Origin: Pseudomonadota bacterium
GTDB lineage: Bacteria > Pseudomonadota > Gammaproteobacteria > Burkholderiales > UBA9220
Direction of reading: 5' to 3'
Length of the DNA stretch: 64,000 nucleotides
Assembly (NCBI GenBank): GCA_021845865.1
Contig: JAJZVC010000003.1
Coordinates: forward strand, 25,618-89,617
Part shown: one piece after another, positions 48,780 to 60,628 of the stretch
Layout of the letters: every line of letters starts with the position of its first letter
How positions within the stretch are numbered: the first letter of the stretch is position 1
Made by a program: the position numbers and the translations under genes
The notes under the pieces: generated by a model
What the model saw: only the letters and a program-made list of their open reading frames with translations
What the model was told of the DNA's origin: nothing
Databases searched by the model: none

Positions 48780-49379
48780 TCAGCGGCGCATCGCCTTTTC
48801 GGAGGGGGTCAGGGCATCCACGAAGGCCTGGCGGCTGAACAAGCGCTCGGCGTACTTGAGCAGGGGCGCCGCCTGTTTTGGCAGGTTGATGCCGTAGTGC
48901 TCCAGGCGCCACAACAGGGGGGCAATCGCCACGTCGAGCATGGAGAACTCTTCCCCCAGCATGTATTTCTGCGTCCCCAGCAGCGAAGCGAGCTGGGTCA
49001 GGTTGTCGCGCAACTCGGCGCGGGCCTTGTCGGCGGCCTTGGCGCTGCCGTTTTCGATCACGTCCACCAGGCTGTAGAGTTCCTTTTCGAAGCCGTGCAG
49101 CAGCAGGCGGGCCCGGGCGCGCATCACCGGATCCGCGGGCATGAGCTGCGGATGAGGGAAACGCTCGTCGACGTACTCGTTGATGATATTGGCTTCGTAC
49201 AGCACCAGGTCGCGCTCAACGAGAGCGGGAACCTTGTTGTAGGGGTTCAGCACCGCCAGGTCTTCCGGCTTGTTGTGCATGTCCACGTCGATCACCTGGA
49301 AATCCATTCCCTTCTCGTAGAGAACGATGCGGCAGCGCTGGCTATAGGGGCACGTGGTCCCGGAGTAGAGTGTCATCAT
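48780..49379 (-). CDS. sspA: stringent starvation protein A (GST-like)
   Basis: The start is at the ATG at 49379 (MMTLYSG). CPYSQRCRIVLYEKG...NPYNKVPALVERDLVLYEANIINEYVDERFPHPQLMP. Confidence 0.9.
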   Translation of the reverse strand: MMTLYSGTTCPYSQRCRIVLYEKGMDFQVIDVDMHNKPEDLAVLNPYNKVPALVERDLVLYEANIINEYVDERFPHPQLMPADPVMRARARLLLHGFEKELYSLVDVIENGSAKAADKARAELRDNLTQLASLLGTQKYMLGEEFSMLDVAIAPLLWRLEHYGINLPKQAAPLLKYAERLFSRQAFVDALTPSEKAMRR

Positions 49380-49444
49380 GATAGGTTCTAACCACCAAAT
49401 ATGGACAGTTACGGGTGGGATGACACGGGCCGTTCCCACCCCCC

Positions 49445-49484
49445 TTAAAAAGCATTAGCCTGCGAGAGCTTTCGCCCCGCAGGC
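49445..49484 (-). terminator. probable terminator after petC
   Basis: The minus strand reads GCCTGCG-GGGCGAAAGCTCT-CGCAGGC, followed after 5 nt by CTTTTTAA. The gap between stem and T-run is not ideal. Confidence 0.4.
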
Positions 49485-49509
49485 CAACGGTGTGGCTAAG
49501 CCGGAAGGC

Positions 49510-50232
49510 TTAGTGCACGTCCTTCCAGAACTCTTTCTTCAGATAGTAGGCGACCACGAAGAAGAGGCCCAGGAACACCAGCACGAAGATGCCGATGGTG
49601 ACGCGCTTGGTCTGCACGGGCTCGCCCATCCACACCAGGTAGTTCACCAGGTCGCCGACCATGGCGTCGTACTCGGCGGGCTTCATGGTACCGGGCTTCA
49701 CCAGGACCAGCTTGTGGGTCTCATGCTCGCCGTGCTTCTCCACTTCCAGTTCCTGCACGCCCTGGAGCTGCCACAGAACGTGGGGCATGCCAACCTTGTC
49801 GAAGGCCACGTTGTTCCAGCCGGTGGGGCGGGTATCGTCCTTGTAGAAGCCGCGCAGGTAGGTGTAAAGCCAATCGGCGCCGCGGGAACGGGCGATCACG
49901 GTCAGGTCGGGCGGGGTCGCGCCGAAGAAGGACTTGGCTTCCTTCTTGTTCAGGGCCGTGTCCATGGTCTCGCCCACCTTCTCGCCGGCGAACAGCAGGT
50001 TGGCCTTGATCTGATCGTCGGTCAGGCCGATGTCGTGCAGGCGGTTGTAACGCATGTACGACGCGCTGTGGCAGTTGAGGCAGTAGTTCACGAAGTACTT
50101 CGCGCCGCGCTGCAGGGAAGCCTGGTCGTGGATGTCGTAATGGGCCTTGTCGAGGGCCACGCCCTCGTTTGCCAGGGCCACCGCCGGCACCATGAAAAGC
50201 GCCAGCATCAGGAGTTTTTTAATCGCGTTCAT
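49510..50232 (-). CDS. petC: cytochrome c1
   Basis: 240 aa with a signal peptide, the heme motif CLNCHS and a C-terminal TM anchor. It follows petB. Confidence 0.9.
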   Translation of the reverse strand: MNAIKKLLMLALFMVPAVALANEGVALDKAHYDIHDQASLQRGAKYFVNYCLNCHSASYMRYNRLHDIGLTDDQIKANLLFAGEKVGETMDTALNKKEAKSFFGATPPDLTVIARSRGADWLYTYLRGFYKDDTRPTGWNNVAFDKVGMPHVLWQLQGVQELEVEKHGEHETHKLVLVKPGTMKPAEYDAMVGDLVNYLVWMGEPVQTKRVTIGIFVLVFLGLFFVVAYYLKKEFWKDVH

Positions 50233-50260
50233 ATCAGCGAACCTCTTTCTTTCGTCCTCG

Positions 50261-51493
50261 TTAACCCGTAACCCGGTCGGGTTCAGGCTTGGTCTTGTCG
50301 ATTTTGGTGTACCAGGGCATCAGGAAGAAAAATGCGAAGTACACGCCGGACAAAATGCGAGCCATCAGGGTATAGGTGGGGGTAGCGGGTTGGATGCCCA
50401 GCCAGCCGAGGCCCACGAAGCTGATGACGAACAGGGTCAGCCAGGTCTTGTAGATGGCGCCGCGATAGCGGATGGACTTCACCTTGCCCTGATCCAGCCA
50501 AGGCAGGAAGAACAGGATGACCACGGCCACGCCCATGGCGATCACGCCGGGGAACTGGGAGCCGAACATGGGAGGAACGGCGCGCAGGATGGCGTAGAAC
50601 GGGGTGAAGTACCACACCGGAGCGATGTGCGGCGGGGTCTTGAAGGGGTCAGCCGGGATGAAGTTGTTGTCTTCCAGGAAGTAGCCGCCCATGGTGGGAG
50701 CGAAGAACACGACGGCGGAGAAGACCATCAGGAACACGATCACGCCGACGATATCCTTCACCGTGTAGTAGGGGTGGAAGGGGATGCCGTCCAGGGGGAT
50801 GCCGTTGGCGTCCTTGTGCTTCTTGATTTCCACGCCGTCGGGGTTGTTGGAACCCACTTCGTGCAGGGCGATGATGTGCGCCACGATCAGGCCCAGCAGG
50901 ACCAGGGGCACGGCGATCACGTGGAAGGAGAAGAAGCGGTTCAGGGTGGCGTCGGAGATCACGAAGTCGCCGCGAATCCAGATGGACAGCTCCTCACCGA
51001 CGAAAGGCACGGCGGAGAACAGGTTCACGATCACCTGGGCGCCCCAGTAGGACATCTGGCCCCAGGGCAGCAGGTAACCCATGAAGGCCTCGGCCATCAG
51101 GGCGAGGTAAATGCACATGCCGAAAATCCAGATCAGCTCGCGGGGCTTGCGGTAGGAACCGTACATCAGGCCGCGCATCATGTGCAGATAGACCACGATG
51201 AAGAAGGCGGAAGCGCCGGTGGAGTGCATGTAGCGGATCAGCCAGCCGAAGGGCACGTCGCGCATGATGTACTCGACGGAGGCGAAGGCCAGGGCCGCGT
51301 CGGGCTTGTAGTTCATCACCAGGAAAATGCCGGTGACGATCTGGATCACCAGCACCAGCAGGGCCAGGGAACCGAAGAAGTACCAGAAGTTGAAGTTCTT
51401 GGGCGCGTAGTACTCGGACAGGTGCGCCTTCCAGGTGGACGTCAGCGGGAAGCGATCATCGATCCAGCCAACCAGTTTTTCGAGCTTAGTCAT
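50261..51493 (-). CDS. petB: cytochrome b
   Basis: 410 aa reading NFNFWYFFGSLA...RYMHSTGASAFF...PEWYFTPFYAILR-type motifs (PVWYFTPFYAILRA). Confidence 0.95.
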   Translation of the reverse strand: MTKLEKLVGWIDDRFPLTSTWKAHLSEYYAPKNFNFWYFFGSLALLVLVIQIVTGIFLVMNYKPDAALAFASVEYIMRDVPFGWLIRYMHSTGASAFFIVVYLHMMRGLMYGSYRKPRELIWIFGMCIYLALMAEAFMGYLLPWGQMSYWGAQVIVNLFSAVPFVGEELSIWIRGDFVISDATLNRFFSFHVIAVPLVLLGLIVAHIIALHEVGSNNPDGVEIKKHKDANGIPLDGIPFHPYYTVKDIVGVIVFLMVFSAVVFFAPTMGGYFLEDNNFIPADPFKTPPHIAPVWYFTPFYAILRAVPPMFGSQFPGVIAMGVAVVILFFLPWLDQGKVKSIRYRGAIYKTWLTLFVISFVGLGWLGIQPATPTYTLMARILSGVYFAFFFLMPWYTKIDKTKPEPDRVTG

Positions 51494-51496
51494 TTA

Positions 51497-52087
51497 TTAG
51501 GCCCCCTTGCTGTCGTCGCCAACCAAAAGTCGGCCGTCGGAGAGATATTTGTGCTTCGGAATGACCAGGTTGGTCGGGGCGGGCGAACCTTTGAACACGC
51601 GCGCCGCGAGGTCGAAGCGGGAACCGTGGCAAGGGCAGAAGAAGCCGCCGTTCCAGTCCGCGCCCAGGTCGGCGGGAGCGACTTCGGGACGGTAGGTCGG
51701 GGAGCAGCCCAGGTGGGTGCAGATGCCGATGGCCACCAGGTAATCGGGCTTGATGGAACGAGTGGGGTTCTTGCAGTATTCGGGCTGCTGAGGAGCTTCG
51801 CAAGTAGGATCGGACAGGTTGGGATCGTTCTTGGACAGGCGGTCCAGCATGTCCTTGGTGCGGTGAACAATCCACACCGGCTTGCCCTGCCACTCGACGG
51901 TCAAAAGCATGCCCGGCTCGATCTTGGAAACATTCACCTCGACCGGGGCACCGGCCGCCTTTGCGCGCTCGCTCGGCATCATGCTAGCGACAAAGGGTAC
52001 TGCGACGCCGGCGGCGGCTACGCCCCCCACGGCAGTCGTCGCGGCGATCAGGAACCGCCGTTTGCTGCGATCAACTTCGTTACTCAT
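51497..52087 (-). CDS. petA: ubiquinol-cytochrome c reductase Rieske Fe-S subunit
   Basis: The start is at the ATG at 52087, with the Tat signal SKRRFLIAAT. Rieske motifs are CTHLGC and CPCHGS. Confidence 0.95.
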   Translation of the reverse strand: MSNEVDRSKRRFLIAATTAVGGVAAAGVAVPFVASMMPSERAKAAGAPVEVNVSKIEPGMLLTVEWQGKPVWIVHRTKDMLDRLSKNDPNLSDPTCEAPQQPEYCKNPTRSIKPDYLVAIGICTHLGCSPTYRPEVAPADLGADWNGGFFCPCHGSRFDLAARVFKGSPAPTNLVIPKHKYLSDGRLLVGDDSKGA

Positions 52088-52196
52088 AGCAATTATCCCT
52101 GTGATGGTAGCCAAAACAAAATTCCCGCATTGTAGCGAAAATTTCCGCCGAACTTAAGCCCTTTATTAAAAAATCCTGATATTCGTAAGCCTGGCG

Positions 52197-52943
52197 TCAG
52201 ATTGGGTTGTGAATATCGACAAAGCGGCACTCCAGGCCGAAAGCCCCCGCCAGATGCTCTCCCAGGGCTTTCACGCCGAGTCTCTCGGTGGCATGGTGGC
52301 CGGCGCTGACGAAGGCCACGCCCGTTTCCCGGGCCAAGTGAAAATTGTGCTCCGAGGCTTCGCCGGTGACGAAAGCATCCACCCCCAGGCGCACCGCCTC
52401 CTCGAAGTAGCCCTGGCCGCCGCCGCTGCACCAGGCAACCCGGCGCACCATCCGCCCCGGTTCGCCGATGACCAGGGGCTCGCGCCCCAGGCCTTGGCCA
52501 AGCTTGGCCGCCCATTCGCCCAAGGCCGTGGGCTGTTCCATTCCCCCATGGGCCGCCACCCCCTGCTCGCCGAACCACCCTTCCACCGTCGCGCCCAGCA
52601 GCGTCGCCAACCGGGCGTTGTTGCCGTAGACGGGGTGGGCATCCAGGGGAAGGTGATAAGCCAGGAGGCTGATCTCATGGCGCAGCAGGAGTTCCATGCG
52701 CTTTTTCTTGATCCCGACCACCCGGCTGTCCTCGCTTTTCCAGAACCAGCCGTGGTGCACCAGGAGCGCATCCGCGCCCACTGCCGCAGCCGCCTCGATC
52801 AACCCCAGGCAGGCCGTGACCCCGCTCACCAGGCGCCTGACCTCGGGCCGCCCCTCCACCTGCAGGCCGTTCGGGCTGTAGTCCCGGAAGCGGGAAGTTT
52901 CCAGGAGCTGTGAGGTATAATTTTCCAAATCCCGCAATTGCAT
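52197..52943 (-). CDS. Nif3-like dinuclear metal-centre protein (YbgI family)
   Basis: DYSPNGLQVEG...LLVHHG...ISLLAYHLPLDAH...GEASEH. The second ATG (52943) is preferred because AAGGA lies 7 nt upstream. Confidence 0.85.
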   Translation of the reverse strand: MQLRDLENYTSQLLETSRFRDYSPNGLQVEGRPEVRRLVSGVTACLGLIEAAAAVGADALLVHHGWFWKSEDSRVVGIKKKRMELLLRHEISLLAYHLPLDAHPVYGNNARLATLLGATVEGWFGEQGVAAHGGMEQPTALGEWAAKLGQGLGREPLVIGEPGRMVRRVAWCSGGGQGYFEEAVRLGVDAFVTGEASEHNFHLARETGVAFVSAGHHATERLGVKALGEHLAGAFGLECRFVDIHNPI

Positions 52944-53023
52944 GGGGTGTCCTTTACTTGAATTCGACATGAGCGCGCCCCATTTTAAGACCTGTCGCCT
53001 CCCACGCCCACCCTATCCCGATC

Positions 53024-54178
<1,155 letters not shown>

Positions 54179-54202
54179 CCAGGGCGGCGGCCTAAAAAAG
54201 CC

Positions 54203-55015
54203 TCAATCCCGTTTTTTCCGCTCCGCCTCGATGGCGTCCAGTTCCCGCTCCATTTCCTCCTCGCTGAGGGGGCGGTATTCTTCCTCCGCCGCGGGCTTGT
54301 CGAGAAACGAAGCCACCCAGACGCCCGCCTCGTACAGCAGCCACAAGGGCACCGCCAGCATGGTCTGGGAGATCACGTCGGGAGGGGTGAAAATGGCGCC
54401 GATAATGAAGGCGCCGACGATCACGTAGGGGCGGATTTCCCGCAGTTTCGCGACGCTGACGACCCCCATCTTCACCAGCAGGATCACCGCCACCGGCACC
54501 TCGAAAGTGACGCCGAAGGCGAGAAAAAGGGTGATGACGAAATCCAGATACTTGTTGATGTCGGTCATCACGGCCACCCCCTCGGGAGCCGCGTGGGTGA
54601 TGAAGCCGAACACCACCGGGAAGACGGCGAAATAGGCGAAGGCCATGCCGCAGAAGAACAGCACCGTGCTGGCCACCACCAGAGGAGCGGCCAGGCGCCG
54701 CTCATGGGAATACAGGCCGGGCGCGATGAAGGCCCACACCTGGTACAGCACGTAGGGCAGTGCCACCAGGAAGGCGGTCATCATCGCCACCTTGAGGGGC
54801 ACGAAGAAGGGCGTCGTCACTTCCGTGGCGATCATCTGCCCGCCCTTGGGCAGGACGGCCAGCAGAGGATGGGCCAGCACGGCGTAGAGGTCGGAAGCGA
54901 AGGGGAACAGGCAGAGGAACACCACCACCACCGCCACCGCCGCCCGCAGCAGGCGCGTGCGCAACTCAATCAGGTGGCTGATGAAGGTCTGGCTGACGTC
55001 CGCTTCCGGAATCAT
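54203..55015 (-). CDS. tatC: twin-arginine translocase subunit TatC
   Basis: 270-aa six-TM protein reading FISHLIELRTRL... Confidence 0.95.
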   Translation of the reverse strand: MIPEADVSQTFISHLIELRTRLLRAAVAVVVVFLCLFPFASDLYAVLAHPLLAVLPKGGQMIATEVTTPFFVPLKVAMMTAFLVALPYVLYQVWAFIAPGLYSHERRLAAPLVVASTVLFFCGMAFAYFAVFPVVFGFITHAAPEGVAVMTDINKYLDFVITLFLAFGVTFEVPVAVILLVKMGVVSVAKLREIRPYVIVGAFIIGAIFTPPDVISQTMLAVPLWLLYEAGVWVASFLDKPAAEEEYRPLSEEEMERELDAIEAERKKRD

Positions 55016-55362
55016 GACTTGCCCTGCTCAGGGGAGGAGGAAGCACGTCCCCCGGCGTCTTTCGCCGGCGCCGGCTCCACGGCGGAGGAAAGGGCGCCGA
55101 TCTCCTGCTCCACCGCCTGCTTTTCCTCCAGGATGACATGGCGGGCGCCGGCCTCAGCCTGGCGGAACTGCTCCTGGATTTTCTTCAGCTCCTCCAGCTT
55201 CATTTCCCGGTCGATTTCCGCCTTGATGTTGGCGGCATAGCGCTGCATGCGCCCCACCAAATGACCGATGGTGCGCGCCACCTTGGGCAGGCGCTCGGGA
55301 CCGAGGACGATGAGGGCGACGACGCCGATCAGCAGCAGTTCGCTGAAGCCGATATCAAACAT
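55012..55362 (-). CDS. tatB: twin-arginine translocase subunit TatB
   Basis: 116 aa reading MFDIGFSELLLIGVVALIVLGPERLP. It overlaps tatC as ATGA. Confidence 0.9.
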   Translation of the reverse strand: MFDIGFSELLLIGVVALIVLGPERLPKVARTIGHLVGRMQRYAANIKAEIDREMKLEELKKIQEQFRQAEAGARHVILEEKQAVEQEIGALSSAVEPAPAKDAGGRASSSPEQGKS

Positions 55363-55433
55363 GACAGGTCAGGGGCGAGAGGGCAACGGGACCACGCGCG
55401 CGGGCAACGGCAAGCCCCGCGGAGATGGGCCGA

Positions 55434-55649
55434 TCAGCCGTGGGTCTTGTCCTTGACTTCCCCCTCGATGGGCTGGCGGTCGGCGGAAGCCTCCAGCTTG
55501 GGGGTCTTTTCCTCTTCCCGGACCGCTTCCTTGAAATTCTTCACCGCGCCGCCCAGGTCGGAGCCGATGTTGCGCAGCTTCTTGGTGCCGAACACCACCA
55601 GGACGATCACCAGAACGATCAGCCAATGCCAGATGCTAAAGGAACCCAT
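55434..55649 (-). CDS. tatA: twin-arginine translocase subunit TatA
   Basis: 71 aa reading [33 protein letters not shown]. Confidence 0.9.
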   Translation of the reverse strand: MGSFSIWHWLIVLVIVLVVFGTKKLRNIGSDLGGAVKNFKEAVREEEKTPKLEASADRQPIEGEVKDKTHG

Positions 55650-55666
55650 ATTCCGTCTCCAAAAAA

Positions 55667-56002
55667 TTAAACGTGGGCCAGCTTGCCGCCGCCCAGTACG
55701 TGGACATGCAGATGGAACACCACCTGCCCGCCCCCCTTGCCGGTGTTGATCACGGTCTTGAATCCGTCCGTCAGCCCCAGCTCCTTGGCCAGCATGGGGG
55801 CCAGCAGCAGGATGCGCCCGAGCAGCATTTCGTGGCGGGCATGGGCCTCCTCCAGGGAGGCGATATGCTCCTTGGGCACGATGAGAAAATGCACCGGCGC
55901 CGCCGGGTTGATATCGTGGAAGGCGACCAGGTCGCTGTCCTCGTAAAGCTTCTTGCTGGGGATTTCCCCCTGGGCGATTTTGCAGAAAATGCAGTCGCTC
56001 AT
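55667..56002 (-). CDS. HIT-family nucleotide hydrolase (HinT-like)
   Basis: The start is at the ATG at 56002 (MSDCIFCKI). The histidine triad is HLHVHVLGG. It overlaps the hisE stop as ATGA. Confidence 0.9.
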   Translation of the reverse strand: MSDCIFCKIAQGEIPSKKLYEDSDLVAFHDINPAAPVHFLIVPKEHIASLEEAHARHEMLLGRILLLAPMLAKELGLTDGFKTVINTGKGGGQVVFHLHVHVLGGGKLAHV

Positions 56003-56319
56003 GACTCGCCTCTCGATGCTTTCTCTTCCAGGCCGGACAAGCCTTCCCGCCGGGCCAATTCGTTCAGCACATCGCTCGGATGCAGGCCCTGCTGGGCCAG
56101 CAGCACCAGGCTGTGGAACCATAGGTCGGCCATCTCGTAGACCACCTGCCCCTTGTCGCCATCCTTGGCGGCAATCACCGTTTCGGTGGCCTCCTCGCCG
56201 ATTTTCTTCAGGATGGCATCCAGGCCCTTGGCGTACAGCTTGGCCACGTAGGAACTCTGGGGGTCCGCGCTTTTCCGGGCCTCCAGGGTTTCCGCCAGGC
56301 GGTCGAGGATATCGCTCAC
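55999..56319 (-). CDS. hisE: phosphoribosyl-ATP pyrophosphatase
   Basis: 106 aa reading [24 protein letters not shown]...[11 protein letters not shown]...[13 protein letters not shown]. The GTG start overlaps the hisI stop as GTGA. The 275-aa track ORF is an artefactual 5' extension. Confidence 0.9.
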   Translation of the reverse strand: MSDILDRLAETLEARKSADPQSSYVAKLYAKGLDAILKKIGEEATETVIAAKDGDKGQVVYEMADLWFHSLVLLAQQGLHPSDVLNELARREGLSGLEEKASRGES

Positions 56320-56726
56320 TTGTCCGCCTCCTTGGCCTTGTAGATTTCCGCCGGGTCTTTCAACACCGGCTCGGCAACCACCCACTGGCCGCCATCGAAT
56401 TTCTGGAAAAAGCAGTGCTTGCGCCCGGTATGACAGGCGATGCCGCCGACTTGTTCCACTTTCAGCAGGATCACGTCCTCGTCGCAGTCCAGGCGGATGT
56501 CCGTCACCTTCTGCACGTGACCGGACTCCTCGCCCTTGTGCCACAGCTTCTTCCGCGAACGGGACCAGTACACCGCCTCGCCGGTCTCCACGGTGCGCTT
56601 CAGGGCCTCCCGGTTCATCCAGGCGAACATCAGCACATCGCCGCTGGCCGCGTCCTGGGCGATCACCGGCACCAGGCCGTCGTCGGTCCATTTCACCTTG
56701 TTCAGCCACAGCTCCTTGGCGCTCAC
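56316..56726 (-). CDS. hisI: phosphoribosyl-AMP cyclohydrolase
   Basis: 136 aa reading GLVPVIAQD...[12 protein letters not shown]...[21 protein letters not shown] start. Confidence 0.9.
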   Translation of the reverse strand: MSAKELWLNKVKWTDDGLVPVIAQDAASGDVLMFAWMNREALKRTVETGEAVYWSRSRKKLWHKGEESGHVQKVTDIRLDCDEDVILLKVEQVGGIACHTGRKHCFFQKFDGGQWVVAEPVLKDPAEIYKAKEADK

Positions 56727-57496
56727 AGCCGCACCTCGATGCCGTGCTTGGCCATGTGCTCCTTGGCCTGGCGCACGGTGTACTCACCATAATGAAAAAT
56801 ACTCGCCGCCAGCACCGCGTCGGCATGACCCTTGGTCACCCCGTCCACCAGGTGGTCCAGGTTGCCCACGCCGCCGCTGGCGATCACGGGGATGTTGACC
56901 GCATCGGCCACCGCCCGCGTCAGGTCCAGGTTGAAGCCGATCTTGGTGCCGTCCCGGTCCATGCTGGTGAGGAGGATTTCCCCCGCCCCCCGGCGCTCCA
57001 TTTCCCGCGCCCACTCCACGGCGTCCAGGCCCACGTCCTTGCGGCCGCCGTGGGTGAACACGTGCCAGCGCAGGGGCTCGCCCTCCGCCGACACCTGCTT
57101 GGCGTCGATGGCCACCACGATGCACTGGGAGCCGAAGCGGGCGGAGGCGTCGTTGATCAACTGGGGATTGGTGACGGCGGAAGTGTTGATGCTCACCTTG
57201 TCGGCGCCGGCGTTGAGCAGGCGGCGCACGTCGTCCACGCTGCGCACCCCGCCGCCGACGGTGAGGGGGATGAACACCTGGGCCGCCACGTCCTCGATGA
57301 TGTGCAGGATCAGGTCCCGCTCGTCGGAGCTGGCGGTGATGTCGAGAAAGGTCAGTTCGTCGGCGCCCTGCTCGTCGTAGCGGCGGGCGATTTCCACCGG
57401 GTCGCCGGCATCCCGCAGGCCGACGAAGTTGACCCCCTTCACCACCCGGCCAGCGGTGACATCGAGACAGGGAATGATGCGCTTCGCCAGGGCCAT
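56723..57496 (-). CDS. hisF: imidazole glycerol phosphate synthase cyclase subunit
   Basis: 257 aa reading KRIIPCLDV...[11 protein letters not shown]...GGGVRS. Confidence 0.95.
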   Translation of the reverse strand: MALAKRIIPCLDVTAGRVVKGVNFVGLRDAGDPVEIARRYDEQGADELTFLDITASSDERDLILHIIEDVAAQVFIPLTVGGGVRSVDDVRRLLNAGADKVSINTSAVTNPQLINDASARFGSQCIVVAIDAKQVSAEGEPLRWHVFTHGGRKDVGLDAVEWAREMERRGAGEILLTSMDRDGTKIGFNLDLTRAVADAVNIPVIASGGVGNLDHLVDGVTKGHADAVLAASIFHYGEYTVRQAKEHMAKHGIEVRL

Positions 57497-58237
57497 TTAC
57501 GCGCCCAGCTCGTCGGCCAGCTTCTGCGCCGCGGCGAAGTCCAGGGTGCCTTCGTAGATGGCCCGGCCGGTGATGGCGCCCATGATGCCCTCGCCTTCCA
57601 CCGCGCACAGATTCTTGACGTCGTCCAGATTGGTGATGCCGCCGCTGGCGATGACGGGAATGGTCAGGGCCCGGGCCAGGCTCACCGTGGCGTCGATGTT
57701 CACGCCGGTGAGCATGCCATCGCGGCCGATGTCGGTATAGACCACGGCCTCCACGCCGTAGCCCTCGAATTTCTGCGCCAGGTCCACCACGTCGTGGCCG
57801 GTGAGCTTGGACCAGCCGTCCACCGCCACCTTGCCGTCCTTGGCGTCCAGGCCGACGATGATGTGGCCGGGGAAGGCGTCGCAGGCCTCGTGCAGGAAAC
57901 CGGGGTTCTTCACCGCCGCGGTGCCGATGATGACGTAGCTGATGCCGTCGTCGAGATAGCGCTCGATGGTCTCCAGGTCGCGGATGCCGCCGCCCAACTG
58001 GACCGGAATCTCGTCCCCCACCGCATCGGTGATGGCCTTGATGGCCGCCTCGTTCACCGGCTTGCCGGCGAAGGCGCCGTTGAGGTCCACCAGGTGCAGC
58101 CGCTTGGCGCCCTGGGCCAGCCAGTGTCGGGCCATGGCCGCCGGGTCTTCGGAAAATACCGTCGCATCCTCCATCACGCCCTGCTTGAGGCGGACGCAGT
58201 GCCCATCCTTCAAATCAATCGCCGGAATGATGATCAT
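57497..58237 (-). CDS. hisA: ProFAR isomerase
   Basis: 246 aa reading [15 protein letters not shown]...LHLVDLNGA...GGGIR. Confidence 0.95.
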   Translation of the reverse strand: MIIIPAIDLKDGHCVRLKQGVMEDATVFSEDPAAMARHWLAQGAKRLHLVDLNGAFAGKPVNEAAIKAITDAVGDEIPVQLGGGIRDLETIERYLDDGISYVIIGTAAVKNPGFLHEACDAFPGHIIVGLDAKDGKVAVDGWSKLTGHDVVDLAQKFEGYGVEAVVYTDIGRDGMLTGVNIDATVSLARALTIPVIASGGITNLDDVKNLCAVEGEGIMGAITGRAIYEGTLDFAAAQKLADELGA

Positions 58238-58264
58238 GATCGTGTCGCGTGTCCGTGGTGAAAA

Positions 58265-58909
58265 TTAACAGGAGCCATCCCAGGCAACGAAGTTGCCGAG
58301 AAGGGACAAACCCGCCGCCTGGCTCTTCTCCGGGTGGAACTGCACCGCGAACAGGTTGCCGCGGGCCACCGCGCTGGCGTAGGCGAAGGGGTAGTGGGTG
58401 AAGGCCGCCACCAGCTCGGGGCTGCCCGCTTCCACATAATAACTGTGCACGAAGTAAAAGCGCGCGCCGTCGGCGATGCCGTTCCACAGGGGATGGCTCA
58501 TCGCCTGGTGGACCTGGTTCCAGCCGATCTGGGGCACCTTGAGCCTTTCGCCCTTGTCATCCACCATGGCCTCCGCCGGGAAGCGGCGCACCGTGCCAGG
58601 CAGGATGCCCAGTCCCGCGACGTCGCCCTCCTCGCTGTGGCCGAACAGGGCCTGCATGCCGAGGCAGATGCCGAGGAAAGGCTTGCTCGCCACCGCCTCC
58701 GCCACCGCCTGCTTGAGACCCCGGGACTCCAGCTCGCGGATGCAGTCGGGCATGGCGCCGACGCCGGGAAAGACCACCCTGTCGGCCCCCATCACCACGT
58801 CCGGGTCGCTGGTCACGGTAATGCCGGCGAAGGGCGCCACGTGCTCCAGCGCCTTCGACACCGAGCGCAGGTTGCCCATGCCGTAGTCCACTACCGCGAT
58901 GGTCGTCAT
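58265..58909 (-). CDS. hisH: imidazole glycerol phosphate synthase glutaminase subunit
   Basis: 214 aa reading IAVVDYGMGNLRSV...PGVGA...GICLGMQ...HSY. Confidence 0.95.
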   Translation of the reverse strand: MTTIAVVDYGMGNLRSVSKALEHVAPFAGITVTSDPDVVMGADRVVFPGVGAMPDCIRELESRGLKQAVAEAVASKPFLGICLGMQALFGHSEEGDVAGLGILPGTVRRFPAEAMVDDKGERLKVPQIGWNQVHQAMSHPLWNGIADGARFYFVHSYYVEAGSPELVAAFTHYPFAYASAVARGNLFAVQFHPEKSQAAGLSLLGNFVAWDGSC

Positions 58910-58914
58910 GATGG

Positions 58915-59502
58915 CTAGAGGCTGCCTTTGGTGGAGGGGGTGACGTCGCCCAGGCGCTCGTCCCGTTCCAGCGCCATGCGGAGCGCCCGGCCGAAAGCCT
59001 TGAACACGGTCTCCGCCTGATGATGGGCGTTGTCGCCCCGCAGGCCGTCCACGTGCAGGGTCACCCCGGCGTGGTTGACGAAGCCCTGGAAGAATTCCCG
59101 CACCAGGTCCACGTCGAAGTCGCCGATGCGGCCGCGGCTGAAGGGGACATCGAACACCAGACCGGGACGGCCGGAAAGGTCCACCACCACGCGGGACAGG
59201 GCCTCGTCCAAAGGCACGTAGGCGTGGCCGTAGCGGCGGATGCCCTTCTTGTCCCCCACGGCCTTGGCGAAGGCCTGGCCGAGGGTGATACCGATGTCTT
59301 CCACGGTGTGGTGGGCGTCGATGTGCAAGTCGCCCTTGGCGTCCACATCCAGGTCGATCAGGCCGTGGCGGGCGATCTGGTCCAGCATGTGGTCGAGGAA
59401 AGGCACGCCGCTGGCGAGCTTGGCCTGGCCGCTGCCGTCCAGGTCGAGGCTGACGCTCACCTGGGTTTCGAGGGTATTACGAGTGATGTTGGCGGTACGC
59501 AT
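58915..59502 (-). CDS. hisB: imidazoleglycerol-phosphate dehydratase
   Basis: 195 aa reading [16 protein letters not shown]...[14 protein letters not shown]...DNAHHQAE. Confidence 0.95.
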   Translation of the reverse strand: MRTANITRNTLETQVSVSLDLDGSGQAKLASGVPFLDHMLDQIARHGLIDLDVDAKGDLHIDAHHTVEDIGITLGQAFAKAVGDKKGIRRYGHAYVPLDEALSRVVVDLSGRPGLVFDVPFSRGRIGDFDVDLVREFFQGFVNHAGVTLHVDGLRGDNAHHQAETVFKAFGRALRMALERDERLGDVTPSTKGSL

Positions 59503-59550
59503 GATAAGCGGCGGAAACTTTCTTGCATTCTAACCCAGCATGGCCGGGGG

Positions 59551-60618
59551 TCAAAGGGCCTGCTGAATTTCCCTCAGGGCATGCACCAGCGCCGCGCACT
59601 GGCCGTCGGTGCCGACGGTGATGCGCAGGTAGGGCGCGATGCGGGACGGATGCTTGAAATGGCGCACGATGATGCTGCGCTCCCGCAGCCTGGCCGTCAA
59701 TTCGGCGCCGTCCAAGGCGGGATGGCGGGCGAAGACGAAATTGGCGGCGGAGGGCAGCACCTCGAAACCGAGGGCCTCCAAGTCCGCCACCAGGCGTTCG
59801 CGGCTGGCAATCACCTTGCGGCAGGTATCCTCGAAATAGGCCCGGTCCTCCACCGCTGCCGCGGCGCCGGCAAGGGCCAGGCGGTCCAGGGGGTAGGAGT
59901 TGAAGCTGTCCTTCACCCGGTTCAGGGCCTCGATCAGCGCCCCGTCGCCGATGGCGTAGCCCACCCGCAGACCGGCCAGGGAACGGGACTTGGACAGGGT
60001 GTGGATCACCAGCAGATTGGGATAGCGGTTCACCAGCCTCACCGCCGACTCGGCGCCGAAATCCACGTAGGCCTCGTCCACCACCACCACCGAGTCGGTG
60101 TTGGCTTGCAACAGCCGCTCGATTTCCGCCAGGGGCAGAGCCATGCCGGTGGGGGCGTTGGGGTTGGGAAAAATGATGCCGCCGTTTGGCTGGAGGTAAT
60201 CGTCGAGATTGACCGCGAATTTCTCGTCCAGGGGCAACTGGCGGTAGCGGATGCCGTACAGGCCGCAGTACACCGGATAGAAACTGTAGGTGATGTCCGG
60301 GAACAGCAGCGGCGCGTCGTGCTTCAGCAGGGCGAGGAAGGCATGGGCCAGCACCTCGTCGGAACCGTTGCCGACGAACACCTGGTGCGGCGCGACGTCG
60401 TAGAAGGCCGCCACGGCCTCCTTGAGACGTTCCCCGAGGGGGTCCGGATAAAGGCGCAGGCTATCGCCCACCTCTCCCCGCAGGGCCTCCAGCGCCTTGG
60501 GGCTGGGGCCGTAAGGGTTCTCGTTGGTGTTGAGCTTGACCAGGTTGGGCAGCTTGGGCTGCTCCCCCGGCACGTAGGGGGTCAGCTCATGGACGACGGC
60601 GCTCCAGTAGCGGCTCAT
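59551..60618 (-). CDS. hisC: histidinol-phosphate aminotransferase
   Basis: The start is at the ATG at 60618 (MSRYWSAVV). YVPGEQP...KLNTNENP...[15 protein letters not shown] (PLP Lys). Confidence 0.9.
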   Translation of the reverse strand: MSRYWSAVVHELTPYVPGEQPKLPNLVKLNTNENPYGPSPKALEALRGEVGDSLRLYPDPLGERLKEAVAAFYDVAPHQVFVGNGSDEVLAHAFLALLKHDAPLLFPDITYSFYPVYCGLYGIRYRQLPLDEKFAVNLDDYLQPNGGIIFPNPNAPTGMALPLAEIERLLQANTDSVVVVDEAYVDFGAESAVRLVNRYPNLLVIHTLSKSRSLAGLRVGYAIGDGALIEALNRVKDSFNSYPLDRLALAGAAAAVEDRAYFEDTCRKVIASRERLVADLEALGFEVLPSAANFVFARHPALDGAELTARLRERSIIVRHFKHPSRIAPYLRITVGTDGQCAALVHALREIQQAL

Positions 60619-60628
60619 GGCGAGGGCA

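Noticed and set aside
50147-52135. 662-aa plus-strand ORF
   Set aside because: It is antisense to petB and petA, which are unambiguous.
56320-56826. A 275-aa track ORF containing hisE
   Set aside because: Only the last 106 codons, from the GTG at 56319 coupled to the hisI stop, match HisE. The upstream part is an off-frame read of hisI and hisF.
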